Origin: an uncultured Verrucomicrobiae bacterium
GTDB lineage: Bacteria; Verrucomicrobiota; Verrucomicrobiia; Chthoniobacterales; UBA10450
DNA: 64,000 bases
Direction of reading: 5' to 3'
Assembly (NCBI GenBank): GCA_963801815.1
Contig: CAWDGJ010000003.1
Coordinates: 160,001 to 224,000 of the forward strand
A model generated the notes under the pieces. The model was not told where the DNA came from. It searched no databases and saw only the letters and a list, made by a program, of their open reading frames with translations. Numbering within the stretch: the first letter of the stretch is position 1; each line of letters begins with the position of its first letter. Below, piece after piece: positions 19,948-29,840 of this stretch. The position numbers and the translations under genes were made by a program.

Positions 19948-19951
19948 AATC

Positions 19952-19979
19952 AATTTCGAATTTCGAATTTCGAATTTCG
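19952..19979. repeat. Heptamer tandem repeat (AATTTCG)x4
   Basis: Read directly in the spacer between regulator and kinase. Confidence 0.85.
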
Positions 19980-19992
19980 AATTTTCTTCTTG

Positions 19993-21330
19993 ATGAAGCG
20001 CGGACCGAAAGATCGGTATCGGTTTTCGCATCAGGGCAAATTGACCTGGCTGATCCTCGGCGCGGTCGCGCCGTCGATCATCATCCTGATGTCGATCCTC
20101 TGGTTCGGCGATTACAGCGCCAAAGTTCAATGGACGATCACGCTATTAATCACCGCATTTGGTGCGGCATTCATTTCGACCGCGCGCGACCACGTGATCC
20201 ATCCACTGCAAACCATGAGCAATCTGCTCGCGGCGTTGCGAGAAGGGGATTATTCGATCCGCGCCCGCGGGGCCCGCGCGGATGACGCGCTCGGCGAAGT
20301 GTTGCTTGAAGTGAATACGCTCGGCGAAACGTTGCGCGTGCAACGCCTTGGCGCGTTCGAGGCCACCGCACTTCTGCGCACGATCATGGCCGAGATCGAC
20401 GTTTCAGTTTTCACCTTCGATCCGGACCGGCGCCTGCGCCTGGTAAATCGCGCCGGCGAAGATTCTGCTCGGGCAGCCGATCGACAAACTGCTGGGGCGC
20501 AGCGCGCGATTCACTTGGTTTGGGGCCGTGCTTCGATGTCGATCAGGATGAGCCGCTCAGTCTGTCTTTTCCCGGCGGATCGGGCCGATGGCGTGTCGGT
20601 CGCAGCACGTTTCGCGAGCGTGGTCTGCCGCACGAGCTTGTCGTGCTGACTGATTTGAGCCGCACCCTGCGCGAAGAAGAACGGCGCGCCTGGCAACGAA
20701 TCGTTCGAGTGCTCGGTCACGAAATGAACAATTCACTCGCGCCGATCAAATCGCTGGCCGGCAGTCTGGAAACTCTGTTGCACCGCGAACCGATGCCGCC
20801 GGATTGGAAGGAGGACGCGCGAGAGCGGATTGAAATCGATCGCGTCGCGCGCGGATTCACTGAGTCGATTCATGCAGGCTTACACGCGGCTGGCGAAACT
20901 TCCGCCGCCGCAAATGGAGGACGTCGAGCTCGGCGAGCTGGTTCAGCGAGTCGTGAATTTGGAGCCGCGACTCAAGGTGAACATCGTTGCCGGCCCGAAG
21001 TTGCAGATCAAGGCGGATGCCGCGCAAATCGAACAAGTCCTGATCAATCTCGTGCACAATGCAGTCGATGCTGCGCTCGAGACGCGTGGGAATGTCTTCA
21101 TTCGGTGGCTCGACGCCGGTGATTTCGTCGAGGTAATCGTGAAGGACGAGGGACCGGGAATTATGAACCCTACGAATCTTTTCGTTCCGTTTTTCACCAC
21201 GAAGCCGGAGGGATCCGGCATCGGTTTGACCTTGAGCCGGCAAATCGCTGAAGCACACGACGGCACATTGAGTTTGAGTAATCGTAACGATCGCGCTGGC
21301 GCGGAAGCGGTGCTGCGCCTTCCAAAATAA
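19993..21330 (+). pseudogene. Sensor histidine kinase (2 TM-HAMP-PAS-HisKA-HATPase) interrupted by three +1 frameshifts; pseudogene or assembly error
   Basis: Pieces lie in different frames: N-terminal TM/HAMP (to about 20460), ILLGQPIDKLLGRS (about 20462-20506), H-box HEMNNSLAPI in ORF 20520-21122, and N/G boxes (NLVHNA, DEGPGI, FFTTKPEGSGIGL) in ORF 20830-21330. Confidence 0.8.
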
Positions 21331-21446
21331 GTTTTAATCAGGAAACCAGGGAACCAGGAATCTTTTCAGGGGATTCCCGCGCCACGGCAATCGATTCGGC
21401 GGTTTACAAGTTCTGGTCACTTGTCACATGTCACGCGTCACTTTTT

Positions 21447-21578
21447 TGTCCCACTTTCGGGACAGCATTGTCCCATGAGCGAATCACTTCGCGATGGGTC
21501 AGAAAATCTTCGAGAAATTTTAACCCATGATCATCAACGACTTACAACTTTGTTCCGGCCCGTGGCACGGGCGTTGCA
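21447..21578 (+). promoter_or_regulatory. Sigma-54 promoter with tandem enhancer sites and IHF-like site
   Basis: TGGCACGGGCGTTGCA (21563-21578); palindrome TGTCCC-ACTTTC-GGGACA (21447-21464); second TGTCCC half-site 22 bp downstream (21469); CATCAACGACTTA (21532-21544). Confidence 0.85.
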
Positions 21579-21662
21579 ATAGGGCACTGCTGAAATGAAA
21601 AAACTTTTGAATCCAGTGAGCGGTCGAAGTGCTTCTCACTAGTGACGAAAGGGAAGGAAATT

Positions 21663-21938
21663 ATGAAGCCAACCAACAACCCAACCAAGAACGTGCGGAA
21701 ATTCCCGTTCGTTGATTATGACTACCAAGCATCGAGCCTGGAAAATTTGACCGGCCGTTGCACGAAGCTGTCGAATTCGTTTCGCGACATCAGCCGCGAT
21801 TACTTCGAAACCGAAGAGAACAAGGATTTTTTGAGTAACGCTGGGATTTTCGCCGCGCTGATCGGTTCTGCCCTGATTCCGATTGCCGCGAGTGCATCAG
21901 CGATGATCCAGCTCGTTCGCACGTTGCCGCTGTTTTAA
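21663..21938 (+). CDS. Small membrane protein, 'MKP' family paralog 3 (91 aa)
   Basis: ATG 21663 after AAGGA; MKPT...FPFVDYDYQ...SFRDISRDYFETEENKDFLSNAGIF + hydrophobic helix. Confidence 0.8.
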   Translation: MKPTNNPTKNVRKFPFVDYDYQASSLENLTGRCTKLSNSFRDISRDYFETEENKDFLSNAGIFAALIGSALIPIAASASAMIQLVRTLPLF

Positions 21939-22023
21939 TCACGCCGTGACTACCCCACAGGCAAAACCAGACGACGATCACACAATCGTGAGGCCGAGCG
22001 GGTTTACGTCGAGCCTTTCATCG

Positions 22024-23277
22024 ATGGACGTACCACGTAAAGGGATCGCCGCGAAAAAGCGGAAACGCCGCATTCTGATTATTGTCGCGAGCGCAGTCGG
22101 TTTAATTCTGGCAACGATCGCTTTGTCGCGACTGAAACCAGCCGCGCCGAGCGTGGATCGCTCGAGCGTATGGATTGACACGGTGAAGCGTGGCCCAATG
22201 GTGCGACAAGTTCGCGGCCTGGGCACCCTGGTTCCGGAAGAATTTCGTTGGTTGCCCGCAACAACGGAAGCCAGCGTCGAGAAGATTTTGATCTGGCCGG
22301 GAACAAAAGTCGAACCGGGTGACGTTATACTGGAGTTGACCAGTCCGGAGCTAGAACAGAGCGCACAAGAGGCAGTGTCGAAGGCGAAGGCCGCGGAAGC
22401 GGACTTTGCTTCAGAACGCGCAACCTTGCAGCGCGAGTTACTCGACCAGGAATCGAAAGCAACGACAGCTCATTCGGCTTACGAGCAGGCGAAGATGGAG
22501 CGCCAGACGAACGATCAGTTGGCCAAGAACGGCCTGGTGGCAGACCTCGTCTACAAAACTTCGAAGATCAAAGAGGAGGAATGTCAGAAGACCGATGACA
22601 TCGAGCAGAAGCGATTGAACTTCGAGCGCGATTCGATTGAGCCACAACTCGCATCGAAACAACAAGCTGTTGATCAAGCAAACCAGCTGGCCAAATTAAA
22701 ACTCGACCAGGTCGAAGGCTTGCACGTGAAAGCCGGGATGTCCGGTGTGTTGCAAGCGTTGCCGGTGCAGGTCGGCCAGCGCCTGAAACCGGGCGACAAT
22801 CTCGCGCGGGTTGCCGATCCAACGAAACTCAAAGCGCAGGTTAAAATTGCGGAGACCCAGGCCAAGGACATTCAGCCGGGCGAGCAGGCGACGATCGATA
22901 CCCGCAACGGCGTCGTGAAAGGTCACGTTAAGCGAGTCGATCCGGCGGTGGATCAGGGAACTGTTACCGTGGACGTGGCATTCGACGAAGAGTTGCCAAA
23001 AGGCGCGCGACCGGACCTCAGCGTCGATGGAACGATCGAGCTCGAGCGACTTGATAATGTTGTCTTTGTCGGCCGGCCGGCGTTTGGCCAGGAAAACAAC
23101 ACTGTCGGCATGTTTAAGCTCGTTCCCGGTAGCGGCGATGCAATTCGCACGCCGGTGAAACTGGGCAAGAGCTCCGTGAACACGATTGAAATCCTTAGCG
23201 GCCTCGAACCTGGCGATCAGGTGATTCTCTCCGACACCAGCGCGTGGGATTCCCACGAACGAATCCGACTGAACTAA
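22024..23277 (+). CDS. Efflux periplasmic adaptor (HlyD/MacA-like membrane fusion protein)
   Basis: Basic N-terminus + TM, VKRGPMVRQVRGLGTLVP, lipoyl-like halves, coiled coil, IEILSGLEPGDQVILSD. Start probably ATG 22024. Confidence 0.9.
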   Translation: MDVPRKGIAAKKRKRRILIIVASAVGLILATIALSRLKPAAPSVDRSSVWIDTVKRGPMVRQVRGLGTLVPEEFRWLPATTEASVEKILIWPGTKVEPGDVILELTSPELEQSAQEAVSKAKAAEADFASERATLQRELLDQESKATTAHSAYEQAKMERQTNDQLAKNGLVADLVYKTSKIKEEECQKTDDIEQKRLNFERDSIEPQLASKQQAVDQANQLAKLKLDQVEGLHVKAGMSGVLQALPVQVGQRLKPGDNLARVADPTKLKAQVKIAETQAKDIQPGEQATIDTRNGVVKGHVKRVDPAVDQGTVTVDVAFDEELPKGARPDLSVDGTIELERLDNVVFVGRPAFGQENNTVGMFKLVPGSGDAIRTPVKLGKSSVNTIEILSGLEPGDQVILSDTSAWDSHERIRLN

Positions 23278-23307
23278 TCTCAGTAATCCGAAATCAGAAA
23301 CCCAACC

Positions 23308-24048
23308 ATGACATCAACCCAAGTTAATCCTCACAAATCAACTTCCGGTGGAAACGGCACGACCCCGTTGATCCGGCTCAACTCGGTCACCAAAGTGTTT
23401 CTCACCGACGAGGTGGAGACGCATGCGCTTTCCGGGATTCATCTCGATATTCGCGATGGCGAATACATTTCGATCGCCGGACCGTCGGGCTGCGGTAAAT
23501 CGACGTTGTTGTCGATCCTCGGCCTGCTCGATACTCCGTCGGACGGAAGTTACGCGCTCAAAGGCCATGAAGTCGCGAATCTTTCGTTCGCCGACCGCGC
23601 ACGAATTCGGAACCGCGAGATTGGCTTCATTTTCCAAAGCTTCAACCTGATCGGCGATCTGACCGTTTTCGAAAACGTCGAGCTGCCGCTGACTTATCGG
23701 GGAATGAACTCGAGCGACCGGAAAACTTTGGTCACCCAGGCGCTCGATCGCGTCGGCATGGCGCATCGCGCGAAACATCTGCCGAGTCAGCTCTCGGGTG
23801 GTCAACAGCAACGCGTCGCGGTTGCCCGCGCGCTTGCCGGCAAACCCGCGATTTTGCTCGCGGACGAGCCGACCGGAAACCTCGATTCTCGGAACGGCGA
23901 AGCGGTGATGAATCTGCTCAAGGAACTGCACGCCGGCGGCGCGACCATCTGCATGGTGACGCACGACGAACGGTTTGCGCAGCATGCCGATCGCACCGTG
24001 CACCTGTTCGACGGCCGGGTTGTCGAAGACAGCCGGGTCGCGGCCTAA
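23308..24048 (+). CDS. ABC transporter ATP-binding protein (LolD/MacB type)
   Basis: [44 protein letters not shown]. Confidence 0.95.
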   Translation: MTSTQVNPHKSTSGGNGTTPLIRLNSVTKVFLTDEVETHALSGIHLDIRDGEYISIAGPSGCGKSTLLSILGLLDTPSDGSYALKGHEVANLSFADRARIRNREIGFIFQSFNLIGDLTVFENVELPLTYRGMNSSDRKTLVTQALDRVGMAHRAKHLPSQLSGGQQQRVAVARALAGKPAILLADEPTGNLDSRNGEAVMNLLKELHAGGATICMVTHDERFAQHADRTVHLFDGRVVEDSRVAA

Positions 24049-24079
24049 CGAAATGTAAAATCGACAACTACCAGCGATT

Positions 24080-26560
24080 ATGCTGAGCGAGATCAAAGTG
24101 GCGCTACGGGGTCTGGCAAAGAGTCCCGGGTTCACGATCATCGCGATTGCAACGCTGGCGTTGGCGATTGGTGCGAATAGCGCCGTCTTCAGTCTTATCA
24201 ACGCGCTCCTGGTCCGGCCGTTGCCGTATCAGGAACCATCCCGAATCGCCTTAATCTGGGAACAATTCAAGACTCAGGGACTCGAGCGCATTCCCTGTTC
24301 GCCGCCGGAATATCTCGACCTGAAAAAAGAATTCCAAAGCGGCACCGGCCTCGCGGCGTTCAATTATCAAACATTCAATCTCGGCGGCGGCGATGTGCCA
24401 GAGCGGATTTCCGGCGCGGAGGTGACGCCGTCATTGTTTCCGCTGCTCGGAGTCGAGCCAATCAAGGGACGCACGTTTGCGCAAGAGGAGCAAGGCGAAG
24501 GCCACGACGACCTCATCGTGATCAGCCAGCGGCTTTGGGAACGCCGCTTCAATTCGGACCCGACGCTCATCGGCAAAACGCTGCTTCTGAATGGTCGCAC
24601 TTACACCGTGATCGGAATCATGCCGGCGAAGTTTGAATTTCCGATTCCGCTTTTTGGAATTCAGGGCAATCAATTCGCCGAGCGCGTCGACATTTGGAAA
24701 CCGACCGCGTTCACACCGCTCGAGCTGAAGGAACGCGGCAATCGCAGTTACGCAATGATCACGCGCTTGCGTCCTGGCGTGTCGCTCGCAACCGCGCAAG
24801 CAGAGCTCGACAAGATCATCGCAAATTGGATCCAAACTTATTCCGACAATTACCGGGGCGGCGGTTTCGGCGCGAAGATTTATCCACTGCAAGATCAGGT
24901 AGTGGGCCAGATGCGCGCTGGTCTCGGGATTTTACTGGGCGCGGTCGCGTTCGTGTTGCTGATCGCATGTGCAAACCTGGCGACCATGTTGCTGGCGCGG
25001 GCGAGCGCGCGTGAACGTGAGCTGGCGATTCGGGTCGCCCTTGGCGCCGGCCGCTGGCGATTGCTGCGGCAAATGTTGACCGAGAGCGTTCTTCTCGCGC
25101 TGGCCGGCGCAGCATTGGGAATTTTCCTTTCGATTTGGGGGCTCGAACTGCTGAAGCAAATCGGCGCCCGCACGATTCCGCGGCTCGCGGAAGTGAATAT
25201 CGACTTTGTTGTGCTGATCGTGACCGCGATTGTGGCGGTTGGGACGGGGATTTTGTTTGGATTGATTCCGGCGTTCGCGACCGCAAAGCCGGAACTGACT
25301 GAAGCGCTAAAAGAAGGCGGACGATCCTCGACGCCTGGTGCGCGCCGCAATCAGGTTCGCAATTCACTGGTAGTCGCGGAAATCGCGCTTGCCCTAGTAT
25401 TACTGGTTGGTGCGGGGCTCTTGCTCAAGAGTTATGCGCGAGTCCAAAACATCGATCCGGGATTCGACCGCACGAATGTGCTGACGGCGGAGATCGATCT
25501 TCCCACACCGAAATATCCGCAGCGCGGCGCGGACAATTACAACCATGGTGCCGCGATGGTGAATTTTTGGAACGAAGCGTTGCGTCGGGTCCGCCAATTA
25601 CCAGGAGTTAAAGCTGCCGCGGCGACTGTCGTTCTTCCCTTAAGTGGATCGAATACGGATTCGTCGTTTGCGATCGAAGGGCGGGCGACAGATGGGAAAC
25701 AGCCGACCCCGGACGAGGAACTTCGCGCGATCACGCCGGATTACTTCCAAGTCCTGAGGACGCCGCTGTTGCGCGGGCGGTTCTTTACAGATGCGGACAA
25801 CGCCGACGCCCCCGGCGTAGCAATCGTTAACGACGCGCTCGCGAAAAAATATTGGCCAAATGAGGACGCGCTCGGAAAACGCATCACATTCAGCGATCCG
25901 CGGAAACCGGATCCGAAATGGATAACGATTGTCGGAATTGTCCGGAGCATTCGTCACCGAGGACTCGATGTTGATCCCGCCCCGGAATATTATCTTCCTT
26001 ACTCCCTGGACACAGAACGGAGCATGGTGCTCGCTGTCCGAAGCACGCAAGATCCGCGCAGTCTCGCGTCCGCGATTCGTCGCGAGATCCAATCGATCGA
26101 TCCGGATCAACCGCTGGCGAATATTCGTACGCTCGAGAATGTCACTGCCGATTCAGTCGCACCGCGCCGAATGTCGATGGCATTGCTCGCCGCGTTTGCC
26201 GGAATCGCGTTACTGCTCGCAGGCGTCGGAATTTATGGCGTGATTTCGTATCTGGTCGTGCAACGCACGCATGAAATCGGCGTGCGGATGGCGCTCGGTG
26301 CCCAACGCCACGACGTTTTGGGTTTGGTCGTCGGACACGCCGCGAAGCTGGTTGGCATCGGCTGCGTGATTGGTTTGGTCCTCGCCTTCATGTCGACCAG
26401 AACACTGTCGGCGTTGCTCTACAACGTCGGCGCGTTCGATGCCGCGACATTCATTTTAGTTACGATCGCGCTGACGACGGTCGCATTGCTTGCCAGTTAC
26501 ATTCCCGCTCTCCGCGCAACCCGCGCCGATCCCATGATCGCGCTTAGCCACAACGCCTAA
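24080..26560 (+). CDS. Duplicated MacB/FtsX ABC permease (ADOP type) 1
   Basis: TLALAIGANSAVFS, LLIACANLA, RERELAIRVALGAGR, QRTHEIGVRMALGA, RATRADPMIAL. Confidence 0.93.
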   Translation: MLSEIKVALRGLAKSPGFTIIAIATLALAIGANSAVFSLINALLVRPLPYQEPSRIALIWEQFKTQGLERIPCSPPEYLDLKKEFQSGTGLAAFNYQTFNLGGGDVPERISGAEVTPSLFPLLGVEPIKGRTFAQEEQGEGHDDLIVISQRLWERRFNSDPTLIGKTLLLNGRTYTVIGIMPAKFEFPIPLFGIQGNQFAERVDIWKPTAFTPLELKERGNRSYAMITRLRPGVSLATAQAELDKIIANWIQTYSDNYRGGGFGAKIYPLQDQVVGQMRAGLGILLGAVAFVLLIACANLATMLLARASARERELAIRVALGAGRWRLLRQMLTESVLLALAGAALGIFLSIWGLELLKQIGARTIPRLAEVNIDFVVLIVTAIVAVGTGILFGLIPAFATAKPELTEALKEGGRSSTPGARRNQVRNSLVVAEIALALVLLVGAGLLLKSYARVQNIDPGFDRTNVLTAEIDLPTPKYPQRGADNYNHGAAMVNFWNEALRRVRQLPGVKAAAATVVLPLSGSNTDSSFAIEGRATDGKQPTPDEELRAITPDYFQVLRTPLLRGRFFTDADNADAPGVAIVNDALAKKYWPNEDALGKRITFSDPRKPDPKWITIVGIVRSIRHRGLDVDPAPEYYLPYSLDTERSMVLAVRSTQDPRSLASAIRREIQSIDPDQPLANIRTLENVTADSVAPRRMSMALLAAFAGIALLLAGVGIYGVISYLVVQRTHEIGVRMALGAQRHDVLGLVVGHAAKLVGIGCVIGLVLAFMSTRTLSALLYNVGAFDAATFILVTIALTTVALLASYIPALRATRADPMIALSHNA

Positions 26561-26562
26561 CC

Positions 26563-29151
26563 ATGATTGGTGATTTGAAATTTGCAGTCCGGCAATTGTT
26601 TAAGGCGCCCGCGTTTACCATCGCGGCTGTAACCGTGCTCGCGCTCGGCATCGGTGTGAACACCGCTGTGTTCAGCCTCGTCAACACGCTTTTCTTTGCC
26701 CCACCGGCTTACGCCAAGCCGCATGAAATGGTGCAGGTCTTTTCGCAGGACAAAAAGGATCCAAAAAAGTTTCGCGGTTTTTCTTATCCCACTTATCTCG
26801 ATATTCGCCAGCAAAACACCGTTTTTAGTGACGTGATGGGATTCGACCTTGCCTTCGTCGGGCTCGGCCAGAAAGGCGATACGCGGCGCGCGTTCAGTGC
26901 GGTTGTGACCTCAAACTATTTTTCGGTGCTCGGCGTTCCGCTGGCACGGGGGCGTGCATTTTTGCCGGAGGAGGAAGTGCCCGATCGCAACGCGCCGGTG
27001 GCGATTGTCAGCTACAGGTACTGGCAGAAGCATGACCTCGATCCAGGCGTGCTCGGCTCGCAGTTACTGGTCAACGGCCGCTCGTTCACGATCGTCGGAG
27101 TCACGCCGAAGGGTTTCGTCGGCACCATGCAAATTCTGTCTCCGGAAGTTTGGCTGCCGATGAGCGTCTACGATCAGGTCGCAAACGATTTTGCCTCCGA
27201 CAATAAGACGACGATCGATGATCGAAAGGGAACGCAGGTTCGGATCATGGGCCGGCTGAAACCCGGGATGACGGCGGCCGCTGCCAAGCCTGCCCTCGAA
27301 GGCCTCGCCGCCAATTTGGAAGCAGCCTACCCGGTTGAGCAAAAGGATCAGACGTTCCTAACAGCGCCGGTGTCACGCAATTCGGTAAGTAACAACCCGA
27401 CGGCCGAGAGCGGACTCAAAGCAATCGCACCTTTGCTGCTGGGAATGGCCGTGGTGGTGCTCCTGGTGGCGTGCCTTAACCTAGCTAACATGCTGCTCGC
27501 GCGTGGCGCCGCGCGCCGCAAAGAAGTCGCGATCCGTCTTGCGCTCGGTGGCAGCCGTTGGCGCATCGTCCGCCAACTTCTCACTGAAGGTTTTGTGCTG
27601 GCGATGCTTGGCGGCGTCGGCGGACTCATTCTGGGACTTTGGTCGTCCGATTTACTAGTTGGCTCAATGCGCCACCTGATGCCGTTGGACATCATTTGGC
27701 TGACAGGACCGAATCCGGCAATTTTGGCTGCGACCTTCGGTTTTTGCCTGCTCGGAACGCTTATGTTCGCGCTTGGTCCGGCCTTGAAAATTTCGCGTAG
27801 CGCGGTTGTGGAGGATCTGAAGGAACATGCCGGAGAAGATGTCGTGCGCCGGCGGTGGAAATTCTTGCCGCGCAATCCACTTGTTGTCGCCCAGATCGCA
27901 TTTTCGCTCGCGCTGATTACGGCTGCGGCTTTGTTTATTCGCGGCGCAGGCAAAGCTGCGTCGGTTGATACGGGTTTAAAGCCCGGTGCAAGCTACGTTC
28001 TGGAAGTCGATGCCAGTCTGGCCGGTTATGAGCCAAAGCGCGCGCAGGAACTTTATCGCAACTTGAGGGACAAACTGGCGGCACTGCCGGGAGTCGAGGG
28101 CGCGTCGATCACTGCAGTCGTTCCGTTTGGAATGTTTGAGTTAAGTAGAAAGGTCCAGCGCGCGGGTGTGCATCTTTCTCCAGACGCCAAGCCTGCAACT
28201 GCTGCCGACGGACTTGCCTTCGACGTGCCATGGAACAGCATAAGCGCGGATTATTTTTCAACTGTTGGGTTGCCATTGATTCGCGGTCGCGCTTTCACCG
28301 AAGCCGAGGCAACCCAGCCCGGTCCCAAGGTTGCGATAATTGACGAAGCGCTGGCCAAGAAACTTTGGCCGGATGGCGATGCGCTTGGCCAACGCATTCA
28401 ATACGCGAATACAAACGCGGCCTCGGCCCAGAATGGCGGAGGCGGGCACGTCGGCGGGAGCGCCGATTTAAATGAAACGGAGAAAAACGAGGAAACGATC
28501 GAGATTGTCGGCATCGTGCCGGCGACGCGCCACGCCCTGTTCGAAAAAGAGTTGTCCGGCGGCATTTACCTGCCGTTTGCCCGCGGATTCCAAAGCGACG
28601 TTTCCTTTTTCGTCCGGTTTCATTCGCTTGCGCCCGGAACCGAAGCGGCCACGGCCAACGTGTTACGTCGTACCGTGCAGGATGTCGACCCATCACTCCC
28701 AATCCTGGCCTTGCGAACATTCGCTCAGCATCTCGATGCGAATCTGGATCTGTGGCTTGTTCGAGCCGGCGCGGCCTTGTTCTCGATCTTTGGCGCGCTC
28801 GCTCTGGGGCTTGCTGTAGTTGGCCTTTACGGCGTTAAAGCTTATTCGGTAGCACGGCGGACCCGCGAAATCGGTATTCGAATGGCGCTGGGCGCGCAGG
28901 CGGGAGCCGTGTTGCGCATGATCATGCGAGAGGGCTCGATCATGTTGATCAGTGGAGTTGCGATCGGCTTTTTGCTCGCGATAGCGACGGCAAAAGTTCT
29001 GAGCGGAATTCTCTACGAAGTTAGCGCACTTGATCCGGTCGCGTTCACGGTTGCGCCACTCGTGCTCACGGCGGCAGCTCTTATTGCCACCTGGTTGCCG
29101 GCGCGACGCGCGACCCAGATTAATCCAATCCAGGCATTACGGACGGAATAG
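26563..29151 (+). CDS. Duplicated MacB/FtsX ABC permease (ADOP type) 2
   Basis: LALGIGVNTAVFS, LLVACLNLANM, RRKEVAIRLALG, RRTREIGIRMALGA, NPIQALRTE. Confidence 0.93.
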   Translation: MIGDLKFAVRQLFKAPAFTIAAVTVLALGIGVNTAVFSLVNTLFFAPPAYAKPHEMVQVFSQDKKDPKKFRGFSYPTYLDIRQQNTVFSDVMGFDLAFVGLGQKGDTRRAFSAVVTSNYFSVLGVPLARGRAFLPEEEVPDRNAPVAIVSYRYWQKHDLDPGVLGSQLLVNGRSFTIVGVTPKGFVGTMQILSPEVWLPMSVYDQVANDFASDNKTTIDDRKGTQVRIMGRLKPGMTAAAAKPALEGLAANLEAAYPVEQKDQTFLTAPVSRNSVSNNPTAESGLKAIAPLLLGMAVVVLLVACLNLANMLLARGAARRKEVAIRLALGGSRWRIVRQLLTEGFVLAMLGGVGGLILGLWSSDLLVGSMRHLMPLDIIWLTGPNPAILAATFGFCLLGTLMFALGPALKISRSAVVEDLKEHAGEDVVRRRWKFLPRNPLVVAQIAFSLALITAAALFIRGAGKAASVDTGLKPGASYVLEVDASLAGYEPKRAQELYRNLRDKLAALPGVEGASITAVVPFGMFELSRKVQRAGVHLSPDAKPATAADGLAFDVPWNSISADYFSTVGLPLIRGRAFTEAEATQPGPKVAIIDEALAKKLWPDGDALGQRIQYANTNAASAQNGGGGHVGGSADLNETEKNEETIEIVGIVPATRHALFEKELSGGIYLPFARGFQSDVSFFVRFHSLAPGTEAATANVLRRTVQDVDPSLPILALRTFAQHLDANLDLWLVRAGAALFSIFGALALGLAVVGLYGVKAYSVARRTREIGIRMALGAQAGAVLRMIMREGSIMLISGVAIGFLLAIATAKVLSGILYEVSALDPVAFTVAPLVLTAAALIATWLPARRATQINPIQALRTE

Positions 29152-29156
29152 TTGTT

Positions 29157-29834
29157 ATGATTCGACTCAAAAATCTCGAACGCAGTTACCCGCTCGCACA
29201 TGGAAAGTTCTTTTACGTCCTGCGGGACATCGACATCGAAATCGCCGAGGGCGAGTTCGTTTCGGTGATGGGGCCTTCCGGCGCCGGCAAATCGACCCTG
29301 CTCCACATCCTTGGAATGCACGATCACGGTTGGACCGGCGAATATTCCTTCAACGATACCGCCGTTCATCATTTGAAAGCAAAAGAACGGGCGACTCTTC
29401 GTAACGAGAACATAGGTTTCGTTTTCCAGCAGTACCATTTGCTCGATGATTTGACGGTTTACGAAAATCTCGAGATCCCGCTTTCGTATCGAAAAGTCGG
29501 AAAGCACGAACGCTCCGCGATTGTTGCTGACGCGCTCGATCGTTTTCAAATTGTCGCCAAGAAAGATCTCTTTCCGCGCCAGCTTTCTGGCGGCCAGCAA
29601 CAACTCGTTGGCGTCGCGCGCGCGATCATCGCCAATCCGAAACTGATTCTGGCGGATGAGCCGACTGGAAACCTTCATTCCAGCCAGGGCGAAGAGATTA
29701 TGCAGCTGTTTCAAAAACTTAACGCTGAGGGCACGACCATCATTCAGGTCACGCACTCGGAAAAAAATGCAGGATACGGGAACCGCGTCATCCAACTGCG
29801 GGACGGTTGGGTGGTCGAGGGCAACAAGAAGTAG
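29157..29834 (+). CDS. ABC transporter ATP-binding protein (LolD/MacB type) 2
   Basis: [35 protein letters not shown]. Confidence 0.95.
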   Translation: MIRLKNLERSYPLAHGKFFYVLRDIDIEIAEGEFVSVMGPSGAGKSTLLHILGMHDHGWTGEYSFNDTAVHHLKAKERATLRNENIGFVFQQYHLLDDLTVYENLEIPLSYRKVGKHERSAIVADALDRFQIVAKKDLFPRQLSGGQQQLVGVARAIIANPKLILADEPTGNLHSSQGEEIMQLFQKLNAEGTTIIQVTHSEKNAGYGNRVIQLRDGWVVEGNKK

Positions 29835-29840
29835 GTTATT

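Noticed and set aside
19952..19979. Tandem repeat as CRISPR array or phase-variation tract
   Set aside because: It has no spacers and no cas genes nearby, and it lies outside the coding sequence so it cannot explain the kinase frameshifts.
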